64,000 nt of DNA from Candidatus Aminicenantes bacterium (lineage in GTDB: Bacteria > Acidobacteriota > Aminicenantia > Aminicenantales > Aminicenantaceae): contig DQWD01000234.1 in NCBI GenBank assembly GCA_011042725.1, positions 2,492-66,491 of the forward strand, written 5' to 3'. Made by a program: the position numbers and the translations under genes. The notes beneath the pieces are model-generated. The model saw only the letters and a list, made by a program, of their open reading frames with translations. It did no database searches and was not told the origin of the DNA. Below are positions 7,120-14,650 of the stretch, piece by piece; position 1 is the first letter of the stretch; every line of letters begins with the position of its first letter.

Positions 7120-9309
7120 ATGAAATTGAAAGCTTTAAACAAATTTTTGGGGATAATTGTCCTTGGAACTTTGATTATTACCAGTTCCTCTTTTTCTGAC
7201 AGTTTGAAAAACAGGAAAAGTGATACCCACTTAAGCGATGTTTTCCTCCGTGCTCAAGCAGAAGAATTTGCGGCTATCAATATCTCTAATTCAAAGGTTA
7301 ATTCGATGGAACCTCAAATCCAGGTTGATAAATCAGGCAAGGCGTTTGTCATTTGGGTAAGAATGAACTCCCCTAAATCAGTTTATTTTAACACTAATGT
7401 CTCGGGAGAATGGGCCAAGCCAATTATGGTTTCCAGTGGAACAACAGTTAGTGCTTCGGGACCGTGGCCTCATTTAACCATTGATTCTCAAGGAACTCCC
7501 CATATTGTCTTTACAGCCAAAAATAGTGTCGGCAATTATGAAGTTTGGTTTAATACCTTTTATCGAAATACTAGCGCTGCTGGAGGATGGGGAACTAATT
7601 ACAATGTTTCTCAGACTACCGAAGGAGGTTCTGCTTATCCGACAGTGGCTGTGGATCCCAATAATTTAAGGAGATATGTTGTCTGGCAAGATGATGAATA
7701 TAAGCCTGATATCTGGGCTCTGTTTTTTCGCTTCCGGAATCCATCGAGTGAAACGTGGAGTGCCCGTGATAGCTTGCCTATTCCCACTTCGGCTTATACC
7801 CCCAAAATAAGTGTTGACGGCCGGGGCCGCCTCCACCTCATCTGGTTAAGAAGAGGGGGGGGAGGTTCAGTGGTTTATTATGCTCGCAATAATAATCCCA
7901 CTGACTCTTACGCCTGGACAGAGCCTGTGGCTATTTCTGGGGGTACTAATATTGATTTTGCCGAAATTCGATTAGCTACTGATAGCCAAGGAAATGTTTA
8001 TGTTGCCTGGGAACAGAGGAATGGCAGCAATTATGATATCTATTTTCGGCGATGCATTGATGGTAACTGGACAGGCATTGTTAATGCCTCCCAAACTGGT
8101 AGTCAGGCCAAATGGCCTGGCTTGGCCGTCAATTGGATGACAGGAGATTCTTACTTGGTCTGGCAACAGAAAAAGAATAATAAATGGCAAGTATTTATAA
8201 AAACTTTAATCGGGGGAGTGTGGTCATCGCCAACTGACTTAACTAATAATAACCATAATTCAATAATGCCGAGTGTAGCGGTCGATGATTTTGGAGATAT
8301 CCACTTGGCTTATGCCGAGGAATATTCTGGGGTCTATGACATCATGTATGCGACCACCGGGGAAATTGTCGGGCAGGGCATTCTGCCTCCCATTGGGGTA
8401 AAATTAGTCACTAAAAGAGAAGAAACCCCTGGATTCAAGAAAAATATCATTCGCTGGAAGAAGAATCCCGATAACGATAATACCAAAGTAAAAAATTATC
8501 GCCTTTACCGTAAAGAAGCTCAACAAGGAGAGAGCCAATATAAACCTGTGGCCACCTTAGGAAAATCCTCCTTTATCTATGAAGATAGAAATTTGCCCGA
8601 TACCAAGAAATTTTCCTATGTTTTAACGACAATAGATGCCGATGATCAAGAGAGTAGTTTTTCGGATGAGGTTTCCGAACCACTCGTTTTTCCGCCCGTC
8701 GAAGTTAAAATAATTTCTAAATTAAATCCCCAGCAAACCAAGAAAATAAACGTTGTTTCTTGGCAAGAGAATCCTCTCAATAACAAAGGAACGGTGAGTT
8801 CATATAGAATTTATCGCCGAGAAGTCAAGCCAGAGGCGAAATTCCAATTTCTTAAAGAAGTATCAGGTCAAACTTATAGTTATGAAGACAAGAATCTTTC
8901 CACCAAAATCAAATATGTATATTATTTAACTGCCACTGATAAACTTGGGGTTGAATGTGAACCTTCTTTAACTGCTTTTGAAGATCCTGTCTTTCCTCCT
9001 TGTTCTATTACCGTAGTGACCACCGTCAATGAAGCAATTTTTTTTGTGGAAAAAATTAATGTTCTCCGGTGGAAAGACAACCCTTTAAATGATGCCGTGT
9101 CCGTCGGGGAGTATCGGATTTATCGTCGAGATCTTAGTCAGTCCTCAACTGATTATATCTATATTGGCTCCGTTGATATTTCTAAAAAGCGATTTTTTGA
9201 CCGCAATTTGGTAATCGATAATAAATATAGTTATGTACTAACGGCGGTCACCACTGAAGGTGTCGAAAGTAAAAAGTCTCAGGCTGTGACTGAGGACGAG
9301 TCTAATTAA
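7120..9309 (+). CDS. Secreted seven-bladed beta-propeller protein with three C-terminal FN3-like domains (paralog of 2657..4495)
   Basis: ORF 7072..9309. I prefer ATG 7120 after GGGGAGAAA. Signal peptide MKLKALNKFLGIIVLGTLIITSSSFS. It has the same blade motif (PQIQVDKSGKAFVIWV, PTVAVD...YVVWQDD, SQGNVYVAWEQ...). Three FN3-like modules carry NYRLYRK, SYRIYRR and EYRIYRR. Confidence 0.8.
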   Translation: MKLKALNKFLGIIVLGTLIITSSSFSDSLKNRKSDTHLSDVFLRAQAEEFAAINISNSKVNSMEPQIQVDKSGKAFVIWVRMNSPKSVYFNTNVSGEWAKPIMVSSGTTVSASGPWPHLTIDSQGTPHIVFTAKNSVGNYEVWFNTFYRNTSAAGGWGTNYNVSQTTEGGSAYPTVAVDPNNLRRYVVWQDDEYKPDIWALFFRFRNPSSETWSARDSLPIPTSAYTPKISVDGRGRLHLIWLRRGGGGSVVYYARNNNPTDSYAWTEPVAISGGTNIDFAEIRLATDSQGNVYVAWEQRNGSNYDIYFRRCIDGNWTGIVNASQTGSQAKWPGLAVNWMTGDSYLVWQQKKNNKWQVFIKTLIGGVWSSPTDLTNNNHNSIMPSVAVDDFGDIHLAYAEEYSGVYDIMYATTGEIVGQGILPPIGVKLVTKREETPGFKKNIIRWKKNPDNDNTKVKNYRLYRKEAQQGESQYKPVATLGKSSFIYEDRNLPDTKKFSYVLTTIDADDQESSFSDEVSEPLVFPPVEVKIISKLNPQQTKKINVVSWQENPLNNKGTVSSYRIYRREVKPEAKFQFLKEVSGQTYSYEDKNLSTKIKYVYYLTATDKLGVECEPSLTAFEDPVFPPCSITVVTTVNEAIFFVEKINVLRWKDNPLNDAVSVGEYRIYRRDLSQSSTDYIYIGSVDISKKRFFDRNLVIDNKYSYVLTAVTTEGVESKKSQAVTEDESN

Positions 9310-10703
9310 AGCGTCCAAGACTTCCAAAGGTCGAACCCAAAAGTAAGTCCCAAGCCAAATTCTAATCCACCTAAATCAACTTCAATTGTTTCTTCTTGAG
9401 CAATAGCTTTGGTTATTTTTAAATAGAGATTAAGCATTAGAAATTTAAGCCGGGGCACTTTTATAAAGATTCCTCCTTCAAGGTGATAGCCCCAAGTTGA
9501 GCCTGAAGTAGAGTGGATGTCACTGTTTTCTTGATAAGAAACTATATCTCCCCCTATTCCCACATAAGGAATAACGTAGATGTAATTAGCCATGTATTGG
9601 GCGGATAAAGAGAATGGAGACATAGAAAATTTGGTTGGTTCCTTGGTGATTGTTGCTTCTCCGGAGGTAGAAGTTCGGGAGAATCCCAATTTTAGTAGAA
9701 AGTTATGATTATCCTGACGGATAATGGTTTTGGCTAACGAACCTCCCCATTTTGAAACTCTTTGACCGTAAACTTGACCGAAGACTTCCGAAGAAATGGC
9801 GTAGGAGCCATAACTAAGACTAATTAAAGTATTACCAAAAGGAGGAAAAATCACCTTTTCCGGACGGGGAGGCTTTTTTGTTGTTTTAACTTGCGGGCGG
9901 GAAGGAGTAACTGGAGAAGGAATTAAGGGAAGGAAAGAAAGGAGCAGATTGGGAGGGGTCTTTTCTATTTTAAATGAGTCTATTTTTTTTGAAAAAAAGA
10001 GAGATAATTTGATTGAGCTTTCACTGGAGGGGTCTAAGTTTAATTGGCTAATACCCATGTTTTTATATTCTGGCAAAGGAGGAATAATGGCGGCATTAAG
10101 AGGTTCGAGTTGGCAAGTAAATTGATTGCCTTTGGTTAACTCAATTTTAGTGGTTTGGAAAGGGCCATTGATTCGTAAGTTAAGGATAGTTTGCCGCCCT
10201 TCTTTGTTTATGGTGATTTCTTGGAGACTGCTTAATTGTTTTGTGGTGGCTATCTCACGGCTGATAGCTTTCGGGGATGGCTGAGGAGGGGTACAGATAA
10301 CATCTAGACCGGATGCAGTTGTTTTTACTTCTAGGCTCAGCGGTTTTTCGGCTAAAATAAACACCAATCGCAGCGAAGGGAGGGAATCTTTAACGACTTG
10401 GATTTTTTCGATAACTTCTTCTTTTACTTCGATTTCATCCGGGACCAAGATTGTCCCGATGGGCTTAAGCTGGCAAATTAATTGGTGGGGTGATTCCAGC
10501 TCATAAAACTCGGATTCGAAGTCCCCTTCCACTTCAATATGAAAAACTAAGCCAGCTTCTGTTTTTTCGTAGGTTATCGATTTTAATGTTGGGGGGATTA
10601 CTTGTTGAGGAGAGGATTCCTGCGAGGACAAAGGTAAAAATAAGCTGATGAAGAGAAGGACGATTGAAAAGTATTTTGTTATCTTCAAAGTAAAAGCCTC
10701 CAT
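9306..10703 (-). CDS. Outer-membrane protein: two tandem AMIN-like domains, Pro-rich linker, C-terminal small beta-barrel
   Basis: 465-aa ORF with signal peptide (KYFSIVLLFISLFLPLSSQ). Two ~100-aa repeats share the pattern L-x-x-I-x-x-E/K...F-x-x-x-x-E-L-x-x-P/G-x-Q-[LF]-[IT]-C-Q-L-[KE]-P. Linker PSPVTPSRPQVKTTKKPPRPEK. The last ~175 aa show alternating-hydrophobic strands ending GLEFGLGLTFGFDLWKSWTL. Its stop codon overlaps the stop of 7120..9309 (TTAA at 9306-9309). Confidence 0.6.
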   Translation of the reverse strand: MEAFTLKITKYFSIVLLFISLFLPLSSQESSPQQVIPPTLKSITYEKTEAGLVFHIEVEGDFESEFYELESPHQLICQLKPIGTILVPDEIEVKEEVIEKIQVVKDSLPSLRLVFILAEKPLSLEVKTTASGLDVICTPPQPSPKAISREIATTKQLSSLQEITINKEGRQTILNLRINGPFQTTKIELTKGNQFTCQLEPLNAAIIPPLPEYKNMGISQLNLDPSSESSIKLSLFFSKKIDSFKIEKTPPNLLLSFLPLIPSPVTPSRPQVKTTKKPPRPEKVIFPPFGNTLISLSYGSYAISSEVFGQVYGQRVSKWGGSLAKTIIRQDNHNFLLKLGFSRTSTSGEATITKEPTKFSMSPFSLSAQYMANYIYVIPYVGIGGDIVSYQENSDIHSTSGSTWGYHLEGGIFIKVPRLKFLMLNLYLKITKAIAQEETIEVDLGGLEFGLGLTFGFDLWKSWTL

Positions 10704-10740
10704 TTTTATTAGTTAAACAAAAAAAATTTTGTGACCTGTA

Positions 10741-10769
10741 TTTATACCATAGAGGAATAGCCATGGCAA
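10741..10769 (-). promoter_or_regulatory. Candidate sigma70 promoter for the AMIN/beta-barrel gene
   Basis: Minus strand reads TTGCCA (10769-10764), a 17-nt spacer, then TGG-TATAAA (-10 at 10746-10741, with a TGn extended -10). This lies about 35 nt upstream of ATG 10703. Confidence 0.35.
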
Positions 10770-10805
10770 TCTTTATCTATTTAGTAGGGTTTTGAATGGG
10801 GCTAA

Positions 10806-11786
10806 TTAGGGCATTCTCTTGCGGATGAACTTCCAGAGGTATTCTTTAGGTACTCCCCATATTTTTTCTCGCCAAGGTCGGTCACACTTCTGGCAGGCTG
10901 GAATATTTTGAATATCCATGGCCACCATTTTCTGGCGAAGAGCGATTATTTTCTCTCCGTTCCAAATCTCGGCCAAGGAAGAATTCTTGACGTTACCCAA
11001 GGCCAAACTGCCAAAAAAATCTTGAGTACAGGGGAGAACCTTTCCGTCCCAGAAGATTATTAGGGCTTGCCAGAGAAAAGTACAGGGGGAGAAATCTTTA
11101 GCTGGTCGAGGTTTTGGTATTTCTCCAGCCCAGTTGTGGAGTTCTTTGATTTCCAGCTTATCTAAAGGTAGATTTTGAAAATAGCTGAGAAATTTTTTCC
11201 TCCCTTCGCGATCGTGACGAATATTTTCTTCGGGAAAATTGATGAGTTCTAAAATAGTATACGGCTTTTTTGAGCCGAGCTTCTTTTTTATTTCTAGGAA
11301 ACGGATAATATTATTAATTGTTTTTTCAAAATTAGCGCCGATTCTAATTCTTTCGTAAGTTTCTTTTTTATAACCGTCAAAGGAAAATGAAAATTGATCA
11401 ATACCAGAGGCGATTAGTTGATAAGATTTTTTTTCATCGAGCAATGTTCCATTGGTATGGAACTTTACGGTTAATCCTTTTTCATGAGCATAGCGGGCCA
11501 TCTTGAAGAAATCGGGGTGAAGGAGTGATTCCCCGCGGTGCAGGAGATGAATATCGAACACTGAATCGGCAACTTCATCAATTATCTTTTGAAAAAGAGA
11601 CAACTCCATAAAACCTTTTTGTTCTTTGGGCAAGTCCTTATTGGGGCACATGATGCATCTTAAATTGCAATGGCTGGTGGGCTCAACCCAGATTCTTATC
11701 GGCATGTAAGGGAGAAAGGTTTTTTTCCTTTTATAAGCAATAAACAATTGCATCAAACGAAGGTGATATTGCCAATTTTTTTTCAT
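10806..11786 (-). CDS. Radical SAM protein with C-terminal SPASM/twitch Cys-rich domain
   Basis: 326-aa ORF. CxxxCxxC motif in EPTSHCNLRCIMCPN. C-terminal cysteines lie in SPCTF...VLPCTQD...IPACQKCD. The start overlaps the rsmA stop by 4 nt (11783-11786). Confidence 0.85.
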   Translation of the reverse strand: MKKNWQYHLRLMQLFIAYKRKKTFLPYMPIRIWVEPTSHCNLRCIMCPNKDLPKEQKGFMELSLFQKIIDEVADSVFDIHLLHRGESLLHPDFFKMARYAHEKGLTVKFHTNGTLLDEKKSYQLIASGIDQFSFSFDGYKKETYERIRIGANFEKTINNIIRFLEIKKKLGSKKPYTILELINFPEENIRHDREGRKKFLSYFQNLPLDKLEIKELHNWAGEIPKPRPAKDFSPCTFLWQALIIFWDGKVLPCTQDFFGSLALGNVKNSSLAEIWNGEKIIALRQKMVAMDIQNIPACQKCDRPWREKIWGVPKEYLWKFIRKRMP

Positions 11787-12628
11787 TGCTCCATCCTCTT
11801 TTTATTCTTTTGGTTTAGGGACTTTGTTGGCGAGAGGAAAAAAGTATAAAGATTATAAAAAGTTTTCAACTCTAATTCCTCAGCTCGAGCTTGAGGAGGA
11901 ATTTTTAAATAAGTTAATCCTTCTTTGATGGTTTCAAGTGGAAAATTTGCCCCCCTGAGGTTATTGGCGAGGGTTTTTCGGCGACAAGCAAAACATTTTT
12001 TCAGGAAAGCGAGAAAATCCTTTTCCTTTTCAATAGGAAACAAAGGAGAAGATCTTTTGACAAAAGTGAGGAGAGAAGAGTACACTCGGGGAGGAGGGGT
12101 AAAAGATTGGGGCCTAATCCGGAGAACACAGTGAATTTCAAAATGATTCTGCAGGAGAATAGCTAAAGGGGCAATTTTTTTGGAACCTGGGGAAGCCAGG
12201 AAACGATTAGCCATTTCTTCTTGGATTAAGAAGACCCAAAAGGGAAAAATTGATTTATGGTTAAAAACTTTAATGATAATCGGAGAGGCAACTGAATAAG
12301 GAAGATTTCCCACTACTTTAACGACTGAAGTAGGAGAAATTTTACTGACTATTTCTTTTTGTAGATCTAGGCGTAAGAAATCGCCTTGGATAAGGGTCAC
12401 ATTAGAGGGAATAATCGATTGGAGAAACTCAGCTAAATGAGGGTCTTTTTCGATGGCTACAACTTGACTTCCATGATTAGCTAGCGCTAAGGTTAGGCTT
12501 CCTTGACCAGCTCCAATTTCGATGATTACATCTCCTGGGGAAGGATTGATTACTTGAGTAATTTTCTGAATAAGACGAGGGTTGCGGAGAAAATGTTGTC
12601 CTAAGGTTTTTCTTTTTGATCTTTTCAT
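11783..12628 (-). CDS. rsmA: 16S rRNA (adenine1518/1519-N6)-dimethyltransferase RsmA/KsgA
   Basis: 281-aa ORF with LGQHFL, the SAM-binding motif IEIGAGQGSLT and the GNLPY motif. Confidence 0.9.
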   Translation of the reverse strand: MKRSKRKTLGQHFLRNPRLIQKITQVINPSPGDVIIEIGAGQGSLTLALANHGSQVVAIEKDPHLAEFLQSIIPSNVTLIQGDFLRLDLQKEIVSKISPTSVVKVVGNLPYSVASPIIIKVFNHKSIFPFWVFLIQEEMANRFLASPGSKKIAPLAILLQNHFEIHCVLRIRPQSFTPPPRVYSSLLTFVKRSSPLFPIEKEKDFLAFLKKCFACRRKTLANNLRGANFPLETIKEGLTYLKIPPQARAEELELKTFYNLYTFFLSPTKSLNQKNKKRMEQ

Positions 12629-12645
12629 CAGAATTGTGGTTAAAT

Positions 12646-13389
12646 TTAGCTTTTTTCCGGAGAAGGGGTCGGGAAGTTTCCCAGTCTATCTTTGATAATT
12701 AGGCTCATAGCTAATGTTTCCAGAAGGATGGCCAAGTTGAGTTTTGTTTTTCCTTGGGCCCGGTCTCGAAAAGTTATGGGTACTTCTGTCATTTTTAAGC
12801 CCAAAAGATGGGCCTTGTAAAGAATTTCCAGGACGATTGAAGGGCCAATAGAAATTAAATCGTCAAGATCTAACTTTTCTAGGGCTTGGCGGTGGAAGCA
12901 GCGAAAACCAGAAGATACGTCTTTAACGGGAATTTTGAATGAGCGGCGGATATAGAAGCGTACTAACCAAGTGATCAAGCGGCGGAGGAGGTTCCGTTCA
13001 CTATCTTTGCCATCCTTCACAAAACGAGAGCCAATAACGATATCGGCCTTTTCAGTGGCTTTTAAGAGTTTAGGAATTTCTTGAGGTTGGTGCGAGAAAT
13101 CTCCGTCCATTTCAATAACAAAATCAGGCTGAAGGTTAACAGCTGCTTTGAATCCATCGATTCCGGCGGCCCCTCGACCACGTCGTTTTAGACGGATTAA
13201 AGATTTTACTCGAGGATCGTGAGCAAAAGCTTCTTGAACAATTAAACCGGTTCCGTCTGGAGAATTATCATCCACAATCAAGACCTGAAACTCATAGTGG
13301 TGGTTTAATTTAAGTATTTCCTGGATCAAGGGAATAATATTCTCCCGCTCGTTGTAAGTAGGAATCATGACTACAACCTTTTTTTTCAT
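12646..13389 (-). CDS. Polyprenol-phosphate mannose/hexose synthase-like GT2 (Ppm1/Dpm1-like, soluble type)
   Basis: 247-aa ORF with VVMIPTYNERENI, VDDNSPDGT and EMDGDFSHQP (DxD region). No C-terminal TM helices. 4-nt overlap with the upstream GT9 gene. Confidence 0.8.
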   Translation of the reverse strand: MKKKVVVMIPTYNERENIIPLIQEILKLNHHYEFQVLIVDDNSPDGTGLIVQEAFAHDPRVKSLIRLKRRGRGAAGIDGFKAAVNLQPDFVIEMDGDFSHQPQEIPKLLKATEKADIVIGSRFVKDGKDSERNLLRRLITWLVRFYIRRSFKIPVKDVSSGFRCFHRQALEKLDLDDLISIGPSIVLEILYKAHLLGLKMTEVPITFRDRAQGKTKLNLAILLETLAMSLIIKDRLGNFPTPSPEKS

Positions 13390-14489
13390 GACTCGAGAAG
13401 TGATTTAATTGCCTGGAAGACTTCTAAGGGAAGGATGGATTTCATGCACGTCATTTCAGGACAAGTTTGCTTATAGCAAGGAGCGCAAGATACACCCGTA
13501 AATAATTTAATTCCTGAATCATAGAGATCGATTTCTTGCGGACAAGTTGGGCCGAAGAGGGCCACCACTTTTCTTTTCAGGGCCAAGGCCAAGTGAAGAG
13601 CCAAAGTGTCGGAGCAGACTATTAAATCCATTTTGGCCAAGAACCCAGCAAACTCACGGAGAGAATTATTGTTTCCAGTATTGTAGACTGGGCAGGATGA
13701 TAATTTTTCTATCTGGCGGTTAAGTTGGGTTTCTCTTGGCCCTCCTAAAAGAAAAACATTTGCGTCCAGTTGATGATGAAGAAGATCAATTAATTGGACA
13801 AAGTGATCTTGGGGCCATTGCTTAGTCAGGAATTTTGTTCCTGACCCGGTGTTTAAGCCGATGTTCAGCTTGGCAGGTTTAATTCGGTGAGTTTCAAAGT
13901 ATTGATTGGCTCGTTGGCTATCCTCGTCCTGCAAGTAGAACAGATAGGGATCTCGCTGGTATTTAAAACCGGTTATTTCATGAATGATTTGTTGATATGT
14001 TTTTTGATTCTGGCGAAATTTTAAGTCGTCATCAACCCCTAGTTGAAATGCGTACTCGCTTTCGGGATTAAAAATAGTTAAATTGCCCCACCGATTAAGT
14101 CCAAAACCTTTCTTTTCCTTCGCCGGGACTGATTGAGCTAAGGCGGTGGAGATTGGTTCTTTATCGAGCGAGAGGAGCAAATCAAATTCTTGGTGTTGAA
14201 GGGACAAGACTCCTTCAAGGGAAAAAGTAACAATTCGGTCAAGATGAGGATTATGGGTTAGGAGATCAACACTTTCCTCATCAACTATCCATGTCAGGTG
14301 AGAGTCGGGGATGGCTCTTTTAATGGCGGCAACTAGAGGGGTAGTCCGGAGAACATCCCCTTGAGCCCGGCCTTTAATAATAAGAATTCGGAAAGAGAAT
14401 GGTTGGTAATAAGGGCAATCAGGGCAGAGACGCTGATAGAGACATGGTTTTTCTCCCCGAAAATAACGACAGTCATCTTTTAACTTCAA
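13386..14489 (-). CDS. Glycosyltransferase family 9 (heptosyltransferase-like) with Cys-rich N-terminal extension
   Basis: 367-aa ORF. GT9 hallmark ILIIKGRAQGDVLRTTPLVAAIKRAIPDSHLTWIVDEES, and a C-terminal CAPCYKQTCPEMTCM. The N-terminal extension carries C7, C16, C22 and C25. Confidence 0.8.
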   Translation of the reverse strand: MKLKDDCRYFRGEKPCLYQRLCPDCPYYQPFSFRILIIKGRAQGDVLRTTPLVAAIKRAIPDSHLTWIVDEESVDLLTHNPHLDRIVTFSLEGVLSLQHQEFDLLLSLDKEPISTALAQSVPAKEKKGFGLNRWGNLTIFNPESEYAFQLGVDDDLKFRQNQKTYQQIIHEITGFKYQRDPYLFYLQDEDSQRANQYFETHRIKPAKLNIGLNTGSGTKFLTKQWPQDHFVQLIDLLHHQLDANVFLLGGPRETQLNRQIEKLSSCPVYNTGNNNSLREFAGFLAKMDLIVCSDTLALHLALALKRKVVALFGPTCPQEIDLYDSGIKLFTGVSCAPCYKQTCPEMTCMKSILPLEVFQAIKSLLES

Positions 14490-14650
14490 GGTTTAGCCTC
14501 TTTTCACTTTGTGAATAGTAGTATTAATTTATGCCATAAATTCACGCTAAAAACAACTTGTCTCCCTTTTTTCAGGACCAGCTTTAGTTCAGTTAGTCAA
14601 TTATTCCCCAGAAGATTAAAGCCGAAGGAAAGCGAAGCCACAAATAGGCT

